The notes below the pieces were generated by a model. That model searched no databases, was not told where the DNA came from, and saw nothing but the letters and a program-made list of their open reading frames with translations. The position numbers were made by a program, and so were the translations under genes. Positions 39,569 through 49,153 of a DNA stretch of 64,000 bases are shown here, in pieces (the first letter of the stretch is position 1; each line of letters starts with the position of its first letter). The stretch is from an uncultured Actinomycetota bacterium (GTDB taxonomy: Bacteria; Actinomycetota; Actinomycetes; Propionibacteriales; Nocardioidaceae): the NCBI GenBank assembly GCA_963753705.1, contig CAVWDJ010000002.1, positions 437,195 to 501,194 on the forward strand, given 5' to 3'.

Positions 39569-41347
39569 ATGCCTCCTGACCCCCACAGCCACCCGCCGGC
39601 CAGCGTCCACTCGCTCTGGCGCCTACGGGGCTACCTGAGGACGCACATCCCGGCCCTCGTCATCATGCTGGTGACCTCGATGTCGGGCATCGCGGTCGCC
39701 ATCTCGATCCCTCTGGTGATCAAGGCGCTCATCGACGGCCCGATCGAGGACCACGACGCGAGCGGCATCCTCCCGCTGGGTCTGCTGGTGCTGGGGCTGG
39801 GCGTGCTCGAGGCGTTCTTGATCTGGTGGCGCCGCTGGGTGCAGAACAAGGCGGTCCTCGAGGTCGAGACCGAGATGCGCCACGACCTCTACGAGCGGCT
39901 GCAGGAGCTCCCGATGAGCTTCCACAGCCAGTGGCAGTCGGGTCAGCTGCTCTCCCGGGCGACCACCGACCTGTCCGCCATCCGGCGGTTCTTCGGCTTC
40001 GGGATGCTGTTCCTGGTCGTCAACATCACCCAGGTGGTGGTCACCACCCTGGTGCTGCTCCACCTCTACTGGCCGCTCGGCCTGGTCGTCGCCGCGACGT
40101 CGGCACCGATCGTGTGGCTCTCGATGCGCTTCGAGAAGGGCTACGTCGTCGTCTCGCGCGACGTGCAGGACCAGCAGGGCGACCTCGCCACGCTGGCCGA
40201 GGAGGGCGCCGTCGGCATCCGGGTGATCAAGTCCTTCGGTCGCTCGCCCCACGTCTCCGAGCAGTACGACGTCTCCGCGCGGCGCCTGCTCGACACCAGC
40301 GTGGCCAAGGTGCGCCTCTCCGCCCGGTTCTGGACCTTCCTCGAGATGATCCCCAACCTCGCCGTGGTGATCGTGCTGCTGCTCGGTGCGATCGGCGTCG
40401 GCCGCGGTGCGCTGACGCCCGGAGAGCTGGTCGCCTTCATCACCCTGATGCTGTCGCTGGTGTGGCCGGTGGCCTCGCTGGGCGTGATCCTGGCGATGGC
40501 CCAGGAGGCTATGACGGCCGCTGCGCGGGTGCTCGAGATCTACGACACCCTGCCCGACATCGTGTCCGGCACGGCCACGGCTCCGCCCGCCCGCGGCCAC
40601 CTCCGGTTCGAGCACGTCGACTTCACCTACCCGGGGTCCGACACGCCCGTCCTCCGCGACGTCAACCTCGACCTGGCCCCGGGCGAGACGCTGGCCCTCG
40701 TGGGCTCCACCGGCTCGGGGAAGACGTCGCTGACGGCCCTCGTCCCGCGCCTCTACGACGTCAGCGGCGGCCGGGTCACCATCGACGGGGTCGACGTCCG
40801 CGACTACTCCCTGCTCGACCTGCGCTCGATCGTCGCGACCGCGTTCGAGGAGCCGACGCTGTTCTCGATGAGCGCCCGCGAGAACCTCACGCTCGGCCGC
40901 TCCGACGCCACCGAGGACGAGATCGCCGAGGCCATCGAGATCGCGCAGGCCGGCTTCGTCCACGACCTCCCGTGGGGTCTCGACACCCGCATCGGCGAGC
41001 AGGGCATGTCGCTGTCGGGGGGCCAGCGGCAGCGCCTCGCGCTGGCCCGCGCCGTGCTCGCCCAGCCCCAGGTGCTCGTGCTCGACGACACGCTCTCGGC
41101 GCTCGACATCCACACCGAGAAGCTGGTCGAGGACGCCCTCCGGCGCGTCCTCGCGGCCACCACCGGTCTCGTCGTCGCCCACCGGGCCTCGACGGTGCTG
41201 CTCGCCGACAAGGTCGCGCTGCTCCAGGACGGCACGATCACCCACGTCGGCGACCACCGGCACCTGCTGGCGACCGTCCCGGCCTACCGCGAGCTGCTCG
41301 CGGCCGACGCCGACGACCTCGACGACCTCGAGGACGTGTCCGCATGA
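39569..41347 (+). CDS. ABC exporter half (TMD+NBD), degenerate ATPase site
   Basis: Six TMs, GSTGSGKT, LSGGQRQR, Walker B LVLDD (Asp at the catalytic Glu position). Start ATG 39569. Confidence 0.92.
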   Translation: MPPDPHSHPPASVHSLWRLRGYLRTHIPALVIMLVTSMSGIAVAISIPLVIKALIDGPIEDHDASGILPLGLLVLGLGVLEAFLIWWRRWVQNKAVLEVETEMRHDLYERLQELPMSFHSQWQSGQLLSRATTDLSAIRRFFGFGMLFLVVNITQVVVTTLVLLHLYWPLGLVVAATSAPIVWLSMRFEKGYVVVSRDVQDQQGDLATLAEEGAVGIRVIKSFGRSPHVSEQYDVSARRLLDTSVAKVRLSARFWTFLEMIPNLAVVIVLLLGAIGVGRGALTPGELVAFITLMLSLVWPVASLGVILAMAQEAMTAAARVLEIYDTLPDIVSGTATAPPARGHLRFEHVDFTYPGSDTPVLRDVNLDLAPGETLALVGSTGSGKTSLTALVPRLYDVSGGRVTIDGVDVRDYSLLDLRSIVATAFEEPTLFSMSARENLTLGRSDATEDEIAEAIEIAQAGFVHDLPWGLDTRIGEQGMSLSGGQRQRLALARAVLAQPQVLVLDDTLSALDIHTEKLVEDALRRVLAATTGLVVAHRASTVLLADKVALLQDGTITHVGDHRHLLATVPAYRELLAADADDLDDLEDVSA

Positions 41348-43200
41348 CGACGACCCAGACACCTCCGGCCGAGCAGGTCCCCGAGGGGCAGGAGTGGCGC
41401 GGCGTCGCCGCCGACGGCCGTGACGACCTCACCGCCGAGACCACCGCCCGGCTCGCCGGACGGTCCCGTCGCCTGCTGAAGGACCTCCTGACCCCCTACC
41501 GCAGCGAGGTCAAGCTCCTCGGGGTGGCGGTGCTCGTCGAGAACGCCGCACGCCTGTCGATCCCCCTGCTCGTGGCCCTGGGCATCGACCGGGGCATCCC
41601 GCCGATCCAGAAGGACGACGACCTGGGGCCGCTGCTGGTCATCGTCGGGATCGTCCTGGCGGCGACGCTCATCCAGGCGGTCGCGCGCAACATCTTCCTG
41701 GTCCGCTCCGGACAGATCGGTCAGGACATCCTGTTCGAGATCCGGCAGCGCGTCTTCCGCCAGTTCCAGCGACTCAGCCCGGCATTCCACGACTCCTACA
41801 CCTCGGGGCGGGTGATCTCCCGCCAGACCTCCGACGTCGACGCGATCTACGAGATGCTCGAGACCGGCTTCGACGGGCTGATCACCGCCGCGCTCACGCT
41901 GTTCGGCACCGCCGTCCTCCTGCTCTTCCTCGACGTGAAGCTGGGCCTGGTCGCCCTGCTCTGCGGTCCCTTCCTCGCCTGGGCGACCAACTGGTTCCGC
42001 AAGGAGTCGGCGAAGAGCTACCGGGTGACCCGCGAGAAGGTCGCGCTGGTGATCGTCCACTTCGTGGAGTCGATGAACGGCATCCGCGCCGTCCAGGCCT
42101 TCCGCCGCGAGCCCCGCAACCAGGAGATCTTCGACGACGTCAACGACCAGTACCGCGCGGCCAACCTGGTCGCGTTCCGGCTGGTCGCCTGGTTCATGCC
42201 CGAGATCCGGCTGATCGGCAACGTCACCATCGCCGTCGTGCTGATCTACGGCAGCTACCTCGCCTTCGACGGCCAGGTCACCGTCGGCGTACTGGCCGCG
42301 TTCCTGCTCTACCTGCGGCAGTTCTTCGAGCCGATGATGGACATCTCGCAGTTCTACAACACCTTCCAGTCCGCCAACGCGGCGCTGGAGAAGATCTCGG
42401 GCGTGCTCGAGGAGGAGCCCGGCGTCCCCGAGCCGACCGCCCCGGTCGCCCTGGCCGACGCGCGTGGCGACCTCCGCTTCGATGGCGTCCGGTTCTCCTA
42501 CGTCGACGGCGTCCCCGTGCTGCCTGGCCTCGACCTCACCGTCCCGTCCGGTCAGACCGTGGCCCTGGTCGGCACCACCGGCGCCGGCAAGACCACGATC
42601 GCCAAGCTGGCCACTCGGTTCTACGACCCGATCGACGGCGCGGTCACCCTCGACGGCGTCGACCTGCGCTCGCTCACCTCGGCCGACCTCCACCGGGCGG
42701 CGGTGATGGTGACCCAGGAGAACTACCTCTTCTCCGGCACCATCTCCGACAACATCCGCTTCGGTCGCCCCGATGCCACCCAGGACGACGTCGAGGCGGC
42801 GACGCGCGCGCTCGGCGCCCACGGCTTCATCGCCGCGCTGCCCGAGGGCTACGACACCGACGTCTCCAACCGCGGTGGCCTCCTGAGCGCCGGTCAGCGC
42901 CAGCTGATCGCCTTCTCCCGCGCCTTCCTGGCCGACCCCGCGGTGCTCATCCTCGACGAGGCGACCTCGTCGCTCGACATCCCGTCGGAGCGGCTGGTCC
43001 AGCGCGCACTGCGCACCATCCTGGCGAACCGTACGGCCGTGATCATCGCCCACCGCCTGTCCACCGTGGAGATCGCCGACCGGGTGCTCGTCCTCGAGCA
43101 CGGCCGGATCGTCGAGGACGGCACCCCGGCCGACCTGATCGAGGGCGGCGACGGCCGGTTCTCCGACCTCCACGAGGCCTGGCTCCAGTCCCTCGCCTGA
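41344..43200 (+). CDS. ABC exporter half (TMD+NBD), consensus ATPase site
   Basis: GTTGAGKT, LSAGQRQL, ILDEATS, AHRLST. ATGA overlap; a heterodimeric exporter pair is likely. Confidence 0.92.
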   Translation: MTTTQTPPAEQVPEGQEWRGVAADGRDDLTAETTARLAGRSRRLLKDLLTPYRSEVKLLGVAVLVENAARLSIPLLVALGIDRGIPPIQKDDDLGPLLVIVGIVLAATLIQAVARNIFLVRSGQIGQDILFEIRQRVFRQFQRLSPAFHDSYTSGRVISRQTSDVDAIYEMLETGFDGLITAALTLFGTAVLLLFLDVKLGLVALLCGPFLAWATNWFRKESAKSYRVTREKVALVIVHFVESMNGIRAVQAFRREPRNQEIFDDVNDQYRAANLVAFRLVAWFMPEIRLIGNVTIAVVLIYGSYLAFDGQVTVGVLAAFLLYLRQFFEPMMDISQFYNTFQSANAALEKISGVLEEEPGVPEPTAPVALADARGDLRFDGVRFSYVDGVPVLPGLDLTVPSGQTVALVGTTGAGKTTIAKLATRFYDPIDGAVTLDGVDLRSLTSADLHRAAVMVTQENYLFSGTISDNIRFGRPDATQDDVEAATRALGAHGFIAALPEGYDTDVSNRGGLLSAGQRQLIAFSRAFLADPAVLILDEATSSLDIPSERLVQRALRTILANRTAVIIAHRLSTVEIADRVLVLEHGRIVEDGTPADLIEGGDGRFSDLHEAWLQSLA

Positions 43201-43203
43201 GCG

Positions 43204-43285
43204 GGGCCGGGGGCGAGGCACGTCTCGACCGTCGCCCACGACGTGGGCCGGGGGCGAGGCACGTCTCGACCGTCGCCCACGACGT
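43204..43285. repeat. Exact 41-bp tandem duplication
   Basis: GGGCCGGGGGCGAGGCACGTCTCGACCGTCGCCCACGACGT at 43204 and 43245. Confidence 0.92.
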
Positions 43286-43326
43286 ACCCCGCTGGTGACC
43301 GCCGCTGGGTGTTCGTTCGCCTCGGT

Positions 43327-43410
43327 TTCATCATGTGATGCAGGCGAACCTCGGCTTCACACGGTGAGCTCGCCATGTGAAGCCGAGGTTCGACACCTTC
43401 ACATGGTGAA
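43327..43410. repeat. 84-bp palindromic intergenic element, copy 2
   Basis: Perfect 17-bp inner inverted repeat CGAACCTCGGCTTCACA (43345-43361) / TGTGAAGCCGAGGTTCG (43376-43392). Same length as 13947-14030, with related ends and core. Confidence 0.85.
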
Positions 43411-43433
43411 ACTGCTCACCCGAGCCGCACGAC

Positions 43434-43461
43434 CGAACCGAATCACCGGTTCTGTCGTATA
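43434..43461 (+). promoter_or_regulatory. SigL-type ECF promoter (autoregulatory candidate)
   Basis: CGAACC-N16-CGTATA, ending 18 nt before the sigma ATG. Confidence 0.7.
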
Positions 43462-43479
43462 CCTGGTGTGGGAGGTGTG

Positions 43480-43992
43480 ATGGCCGAGAGCCCCGACGTC
43501 GTGATGCAGCGTCTGCACGACGAGCATGCCGGCGCGCTCTGGGGCCATTGCCTGCGCCTGACCAACTACGACCGTGCCCGTGCCGAGGACGTCTGCCAGG
43601 AGACGCTGCTGCGCGCCTGGCGGAACGCGTCGCTGCTCGACGAGGGTCAGGGGTCGGTCCGGGCCTGGCTGTTCACGGTCGCCCGCAACATCGTGATCGA
43701 CGAGTCGCGCACCCGGCGCGCCCGCTCGGAGTTCCCCGTCGACGAGGTGCCCGAGCCGGGGACCGCCGACGACGGGAGCGACGAGCTGCTGATGACCTGG
43801 GTGGTCGCGGACGCGGTGACCCACCTGTCCGCGGAGCACCGTGCGGTGCTCCAGGAGTGCTACTTCAACGGCCGCTCGGTGGCCGAGGCCGCTCGCCGGC
43901 TCGGGATCCCCGAGGGGACCGTCAAGTCGCGGACCCACTACGCACTGCGCGCCCTCCGGCTGGCCCTCGAAGAGATGGGAGTGGTCTCATGA
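43480..43992 (+). CDS. ECF sigma factor, SigL-like
   Basis: LHDEHAGALW...AEDVCQETLLRAW...RAWLFTVARNIVIDE...GTVKSRTHYALRALRLAL resembles mycobacterial SigL. RBS GGAGGT. Confidence 0.85.
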   Translation: MAESPDVVMQRLHDEHAGALWGHCLRLTNYDRARAEDVCQETLLRAWRNASLLDEGQGSVRAWLFTVARNIVIDESRTRRARSEFPVDEVPEPGTADDGSDELLMTWVVADAVTHLSAEHRAVLQECYFNGRSVAEAARRLGIPEGTVKSRTHYALRALRLALEEMGVVS

Positions 43993-44672
43993 GCTGCTCC
44001 TACACGACCTGGGACGGCGCCTACGTCCTCGGCTCCCTCTCGTCGGCCGACCGTCGCGAGTTCGAGAGCCACCTGGCCGGCTGCCCCGAGTGCTCGCGCG
44101 CCGTGCGCGACCTGGCCGGCCTCCCGGGCCTGCTCGGCCGGCTCGACCCCGAGGTGTTCGAGGAGGGTGAGCCCGAGCCGGTCCCCGACACGCTGCTGCC
44201 GCGGCTCGTGGCTGCGATGCACCGCGGTCAGCGTCGTCGTACGTGGATGACCGCCGGGCTCGCCGCCGCGGCCGCCGTCGTGGTGACGGTGGGCGGAGTC
44301 GCCGTGCTCGACCGGAGCACGGGCGGCACCCCGACCGCCAGCCCGCCCAGCATCATCACCTCGAGCGCCCAGCCGATGACCCCGGTCGGCAACGACCCGA
44401 TGACGGCCAGCGTGTCGCTCACGTCGGTCGCATGGGGCACGCGGGTGGACATGACCTGCAGCTACCCGCAGTTCCACGGCGACTACGAGGGCGGGTCCTA
44501 CGCGCTGGTCGTGCACACCCTCCACGGTGGCACCGAGCGGATCGCGACCTGGAACGGTCTGCCGGGCAAGACCATGCACCTCACCGGCGCCACCGCCTCG
44601 CAGAAGGCACAGATCACGTCGGTCGACGTCACCCGCATCGACGGTGCGCCGGTGCTGCACCTCTCGCTCTGA
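43989..44672 (+). CDS. Zinc anti-sigma factor, RslA-like (ZAS, TM, extracytoplasmic domain)
   Basis: WDGAYVLGSLSSADRREFESHLAGCPEC (HxxxCxxC), TM, WGTRVDMTCSY. Confidence 0.88.
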   Translation: MSCSYTTWDGAYVLGSLSSADRREFESHLAGCPECSRAVRDLAGLPGLLGRLDPEVFEEGEPEPVPDTLLPRLVAAMHRGQRRRTWMTAGLAAAAAVVVTVGGVAVLDRSTGGTPTASPPSIITSSAQPMTPVGNDPMTASVSLTSVAWGTRVDMTCSYPQFHGDYEGGSYALVVHTLHGGTERIATWNGLPGKTMHLTGATASQKAQITSVDVTRIDGAPVLHLSL

Positions 44673-44713
44673 CTCACTGAGGCGCCGGGTGCGCCCATCC
44701 GTGGCCCCGTGGG

Positions 44714-44864
44714 CTGTCGAACCGGCGCAATTGCGCGGTTGTGACAGGTGGTGGGTCCCGCGGACTGTCGAAGCGGCGCGATTGCGCCACTTCGGCAGGA
44801 CCGGGCAGGACCGGGCAGGACAGGACCGGGCAGGGCAGGACCGGGCAGGGCAGGACCGGGCAGG
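44714..44864. repeat. Two 23-bp near-identical palindromic units followed by ~70 bp of GGCAG/GACCG pentamer tandem
   Basis: CTGTCGAACCGGCGCAATTGCGC (44714) and CTGTCGAAGCGGCGCGATTGCGC (44765); GGCAGGACCG-based array at 44794-44864. Confidence 0.85.
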
Positions 44865-44884
44865 GGGACGGCGGACGCCGAGGC

Positions 44885-45271
44885 TCAGGAGGCCACGGCG
44901 GCGTGCTCACGCGCGGGGGCCGTACGACGCTCGTGGACGAGCAGGTACAGGCCACCGATGATCGCGACGGCCTCGGAGACCGCGGCGGTCCAGACGTAGG
45001 GGCCCTGCCACTTCTCGTGGTCGCCGAACAGCCCCCAGGTCGCGGCGATGACGAAGCCGCCCAGGGTCGAGGCACCGAAGCCGAACGCGAGGAACGGCGG
45101 CACCCAGTGCTGCCAGGTGACCAGCAGGATCGCGATCACGATGCCGGCCACCCCGTTGACGATGAAGAGCGGCCCGATCACGTGGACGTGACGGAAGCCG
45201 TCGAACCACTCCTTGAGGTGCACGTACGCCGAGACGAGGACGGCAGCAGCGGTGATCCAACGGACGGTCAT
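44885..45271 (-). CDS. Small 4-TM His-containing membrane protein, paralog A
   Basis: MTVRWITAAAVLVSAYVHLKEWFDGFRHVHVIGPLF...GDHEKWQGPYVW; RBS GGAGAG. Confidence 0.85.
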   Translation of the reverse strand: MTVRWITAAAVLVSAYVHLKEWFDGFRHVHVIGPLFIVNGVAGIVIAILLVTWQHWVPPFLAFGFGASTLGGFVIAATWGLFGDHEKWQGPYVWTAAVSEAVAIIGGLYLLVHERRTAPAREHAAVAS

Positions 45272-45313
45272 GGTGCTCTCTCCGATCCGGGCCCGGTGCG
45301 GGCCCTCAGTGGA

Positions 45314-45341
45314 GACACGAGGAAGCGGCCGGATCGGTTCG
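45314..45341 (-). promoter_or_regulatory. SigL-type promoter for paralog A
   Basis: Minus strand CGAACC-N16-CGTGTC. Confidence 0.75.
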
Positions 45342-45342
45342 G

Positions 45343-47676
45343 TCAGGGGGCCGTGGAGCGCGAGCCGAACGCGGCGAGGAACCGGTCGCGGAACTCGTTC
45401 ATGGGCACCGTCGGCGTCGTGGTCGCCGGCTGCAGGCCGGGGGTCCAGCCCCACGACGAGATGTGGCGCAGGACGGCCGGGTCGTGGGCGATGAGCGAGA
45501 CGGGAACGTCGTGGGAGGCGCCGTAGCCGCTGACCGCGGCGTTGGGCTGGTGGTCGCCGAGGACGACCATGACGAGGTTCTTGTCGTGGGCGTGGTGGAC
45601 GAACGACACCAGCGACTGCAACGAGTAGCGGATGGACCGTGCGTACCGGGTCTGTTGGGCCCGGGGGTGGGCGAGCGTGGAGAGCAACGACGTGTCGTAG
45701 GGCACGCCGGCGCCGCGCACGCTGGTGTAGATCGTGCCGTCGCCGACGGCGTCCCACGGCACCAGCCGGGGCAGCGAGGTCCAGGGGGTGTGGCTCGAGT
45801 CGAGGTCGATCTCGGCCATCACCGGCCGGTGGTGCGGGCCCAGCTCGAGGTCGTCGAAGGCGTGCAGCGTGTACTGGTCGGGGACCCGGGCGTAGCCCAG
45901 GCGGGGGCCGGCGTACCCCACGTCGTACGAGCCGTACATCCGGTCGTAGTGGTAGAACCGCTGTCCCTCGGGCCAGGCGTGCCAGTTCGACGGGACGTCG
46001 TCGACCGTGCGCCAACCCGCCTTGCGGAAGGCCCAGGCGAGGGTGAGCCGGTCGGTGCCCAGCACCTGGTCGTAGCGCTGCTGGGAGTCGATCCACAGCC
46101 CGGACTGGAGCGTGGAGTGGGCGAGCCAGCTGATGCCGCCGAAGGTGGGCGAGCCCAGCCAGCCGCTGCGCGCCTGGAAGCCGAGACGTCCGAGGTGCGC
46201 GGTCGCCCCGGTCAGCGTGCGGTCGACCTGGGGCGCGAACCAGGAGTCCTCCACGGCGACGCGGCCGTAGCTCTCGACGAAGACCAGGAGGACGTCCTTG
46301 CCCCGGAGTCGGGTCAGCAGGTCGCGCCCGGGGGTGAGGGCATACGCGTCGTGGGTCACCGCCTGCTCGAAGACCGCTCGGTCGTGGAGCTCGGCGCGGA
46401 CCTGGTCGACCTGGCCGGCGACCAGGGACGCGGTGGGCGCGCCGGCGATCTGGACGCCGCTGACCTGGGCACCACCGACCCCGGCCACCAGCCAGACGAC
46501 GGCGAGCCCGGCGAGCACCCTGCTCCAGACCCGCGGTGCGCTCGTGACGGTACGACGGGTGCGCACGGCCGACCACACGCAGAGGGCCGCGCCCCCGAGC
46601 AGCAGCAGCACGATCGCGACGAGGACCACGACCTCGCCTGCGCGCCCCACCGAGGCGTGCAGCAGGTCGAGCCCGGAGCCGAGGTAGGACGGGTCGGTCA
46701 ACGGGTTGAACGGGCGGTCGAACGCCTCGTAGAAGCCGAGGTCGAGCACGGTCACGACCACGGCGACGGCCAGCAGGATCCCTCCGACGACCGCCACCGC
46801 GCGCCCCCAGGCGGGCGGCAGCACGAGCACGAGGAGCAGGAAGACCAGCAGCTCGACCGGGATCGCGAGCAGAGCGGCGGCCGTCAGCTGCTCCGGACGC
46901 TGCGGCACGACCAGGGCGAGCCAGACCAGCGCGAGGGCGGCGGCGTCGAGCGCCGGACGGACCAGCGGTGACTGGGGAACCTCGTGCTCGTGCCGGTGTC
47001 GCCGCAGGGTGGCCACCTGGCGTCCGAACGACTCCAGGAGCAGGAGCAGCGCCGCGGCCAGCAGAGCCTGGGCCCACACCGTCGGAAGGACCTCGGCCGC
47101 GGCGACGACGAGGACGATCCCCTGGACCGCTGCCACGACCTTGGCCCACGGACGCGGTCGCGCCGGCCCCCCGAGCCAGGGCCAGACGGCGGTCGCCAGG
47201 AGCAGGAGGTAACGGGCCAGGCCGATCAGCAGCACCCAGGCGCCGGCGACCGGCACGACGTAGAGGCTCAGGACGAGGATCAAGAAGGCGTCCGTCTCCA
47301 TGTCGAAGGCCGCACCCAGCTCGGTGACCGTGCCGCGGGCCCGGGCGAGGCGGCCGTCGACGAAGTCCAGGGCCAGGGCGACCGTGCTCAGGGCCACGAC
47401 CAGGGAGCGGGGCACCTCGCTGCTCCACGACTGCACGACGAGCACCGTGACCGCCACGACCAGGCCGGCACGGACCAGGGTCACGGCGTTGGCCGCCCCC
47501 AGGCGTGCCAGGCCCTCGCGGCGCAGGCCGCGTTCGAGGAACAGCCAGAGCGCGACCGTCAGGACCGCGCCGGTGACCAGCGCGGGCACGCCGAGTCCGA
47601 CCGTGACGTCGAGCACGACGAGCAGACCCGCGACGCTCGGCAGTACGGTCAGTGGACCGGCGTGAACCGTGCGCAC
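45343..47676 (-). CDS. CDP-alcohol phosphotransferase fused to a TM region and a sulfatase/alkaline-phosphatase-like domain
   Basis: DFVDGRLARARGTVTELGAAFDMETD (DGxxARxxxxxxxxGxxxDxxxD); then VLLVFVESYG, SPTFGGISWLAHST, SSHTPW, LGDHQP. GTG 47676 follows GGAGG. Confidence 0.85.
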   Translation of the reverse strand: MRTVHAGPLTVLPSVAGLLVVLDVTVGLGVPALVTGAVLTVALWLFLERGLRREGLARLGAANAVTLVRAGLVVAVTVLVVQSWSSEVPRSLVVALSTVALALDFVDGRLARARGTVTELGAAFDMETDAFLILVLSLYVVPVAGAWVLLIGLARYLLLLATAVWPWLGGPARPRPWAKVVAAVQGIVLVVAAAEVLPTVWAQALLAAALLLLLESFGRQVATLRRHRHEHEVPQSPLVRPALDAAALALVWLALVVPQRPEQLTAAALLAIPVELLVFLLLVLVLPPAWGRAVAVVGGILLAVAVVVTVLDLGFYEAFDRPFNPLTDPSYLGSGLDLLHASVGRAGEVVVLVAIVLLLLGGAALCVWSAVRTRRTVTSAPRVWSRVLAGLAVVWLVAGVGGAQVSGVQIAGAPTASLVAGQVDQVRAELHDRAVFEQAVTHDAYALTPGRDLLTRLRGKDVLLVFVESYGRVAVEDSWFAPQVDRTLTGATAHLGRLGFQARSGWLGSPTFGGISWLAHSTLQSGLWIDSQQRYDQVLGTDRLTLAWAFRKAGWRTVDDVPSNWHAWPEGQRFYHYDRMYGSYDVGYAGPRLGYARVPDQYTLHAFDDLELGPHHRPVMAEIDLDSSHTPWTSLPRLVPWDAVGDGTIYTSVRGAGVPYDTSLLSTLAHPRAQQTRYARSIRYSLQSLVSFVHHAHDKNLVMVVLGDHQPNAAVSGYGASHDVPVSLIAHDPAVLRHISSWGWTPGLQPATTTPTVPMNEFRDRFLAAFGSRSTAP

Positions 47677-47731
47677 CCTGCCTCCGTATGTCTGGATACC
47701 AGTCATACGACGACGGGCCGGCGTCGGTTCA
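47663..47731. promoter_or_regulatory. Two face-to-face (divergently transcribing) SigL-type promoters
   Basis: Plus strand TGAACC(47663)-N16-CGTATG(47685-47690). Minus strand TGAACC(47731-47726)-N16-CGTATG(47709-47704). Confidence 0.8.
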
Positions 47732-47759
47732 GGACCAGCCGGACGTGGAGGGAGCCGAC

Positions 47760-48755
47760 GTGTCACCAACGGCCCGCGCCTACTGGCTGTGCGCGCCCGG
47801 GTCCGGCGAGATCCGCACCGTGGACCTCCCGGACCCGGGACCGGGGGAGGTGCTCGTGCGCACGCTGGTCTCGGGGGTGAGCCGTGGCACAGAGGCACTG
47901 GTCTTCCGCGGCGGGGTCCCCGAGAGCCAGTACGCCGTGATGCGGGCGCCCTTCCAGGAGGGCGAGCTCCCCGGCCCGGTCAAGTACGGCTACCTCAACG
48001 TCGGTGTGGTCGAGGAGGGCCCCGTCGGGCTCCGTGGGCGCACCGTCTTCTGCCTCCACCCCCACCAGACGGCGTACGTCGTGCCGGCCGACGCGGTCGC
48101 CGTCGTCCCCGACGGCGTCCCGCCCCGACGCGCTGTGCTGGCCGGCACCGTCGAGACCGCGGTGAACGCGCTGTGGGACGCCGCGCCGCTGGTCGGTGAC
48201 CGCGTCGCCGTCGTCGGCGCCGGCATGGTCGGCTGCTGCGTGGCCCGGCTGCTCTCCGGCTTCCCCGGCGTCGACGTGACGTTGGTCGACACCGACGCCG
48301 GTCGCGAGCCGGTCGCGGCCGCGCTCGGCGTCGCCTTCGCCCTGCCGGGAGACGCCCCTGCCGACTGCGACCTGGTGGTCCACACGAGCGGCACCGCCGC
48401 CGGGCTGCAGCTCTCGCTCGACCTGCTCGGCGCCGACAGCACCGTCACCGACCTCAGCTGGTACGGCGACGCCCCGGTCGCCCTGTCGCTCGGCGGACGC
48501 TTCCACTCCGCGCGCCTGGGCATCCGTGCCAGCCAGGTGGGCGAGGTCGCGGCGGCGCGTCGCGGGCGACGCACGCGGGCCGACCGGCTGCGCCTCGCGC
48601 TGTCGCTGCTCGCCGACCCGGCGTACGACGCGCTGCTGACGGGGGAGTCGCCCTTCGCCGAGCTGCCCGGGCTGATGGCAGAGCTCGCCTCCGGCGCGGT
48701 TCCGGCGCTGTGCCACACGATCACCTACGACAGTGACGACGAGAGGGAGGCCTGA
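47760..48755 (+). CDS. MDR-family (alcohol-dehydrogenase-like) oxidoreductase
   Basis: [25 protein letters not shown] Rossmann motif. GTG 47760 after GGAGGG. Confidence 0.85.
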   Translation: MSPTARAYWLCAPGSGEIRTVDLPDPGPGEVLVRTLVSGVSRGTEALVFRGGVPESQYAVMRAPFQEGELPGPVKYGYLNVGVVEEGPVGLRGRTVFCLHPHQTAYVVPADAVAVVPDGVPPRRAVLAGTVETAVNALWDAAPLVGDRVAVVGAGMVGCCVARLLSGFPGVDVTLVDTDAGREPVAAALGVAFALPGDAPADCDLVVHTSGTAAGLQLSLDLLGADSTVTDLSWYGDAPVALSLGGRFHSARLGIRASQVGEVAAARRGRRTRADRLRLALSLLADPAYDALLTGESPFAELPGLMAELASGAVPALCHTITYDSDDEREA

Positions 48756-49153
48756 TGTTCGAGGTGACCGTACGCGACCACATGATGGTCGCGCACTCCC
48801 TGCGCGGCGAGGTCTTCGGCCCGGCCCGGGCGCTCCACGGCGCGACGTTCGTCGTCGACGCGGCGTTCGCCCGGGACGACGTCGACGCCGACGGCATCGT
48901 CCTCGACATCGGTCGCGCCACCGAGGCGCTGCACGCGATCCTCGCCGAGCTCACCTACCGCAACCTCGACGAGGTCGAGTCGCTCGCCGGGCTCAACACC
49001 ACCACCGAGGTGCTCGCGCGCGAGATCGCCGACCGGCTCGCTGCCCGTGTGCACGACGGCGCTCTCGGCGTCGCCGCCGGCGACCTGGCCCGGATCCGGG
49101 TCACCCTCCACGAGTCGCCCGTCGCCTGGGCGAGCTATGAGCGTGCCCCATGA
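48755..49153 (+). CDS. 6-pyruvoyl-tetrahydropterin synthase/QueD-fold protein (PTPS-IV-like)
   Basis: [27 protein letters not shown]...YRNLDE...NTTTEVLA...[13 protein letters not shown]. No CxxxHGH motif. Confidence 0.85.
   Translation: MFEVTVRDHMMVAHSLRGEVFGPARALHGATFVVDAAFARDDVDADGIVLDIGRATEALHAILAELTYRNLDEVESLAGLNTTTEVLAREIADRLAARVHDGALGVAAGDLARIRVTLHESPVAWASYERAP

Noticed and set aside
43480-44672. Naming the ECF pair sigK/rskA
   Set aside because: Sequence and promoter pattern fit SigL/RslA better; orthology is unverified, so no gene symbol was given.
43204-44864. Tandem and short repeats as a possible CRISPR array
   Set aside because: Units are contiguous or only two in number, with no unique spacers of regular length, and no cas genes are in the window.
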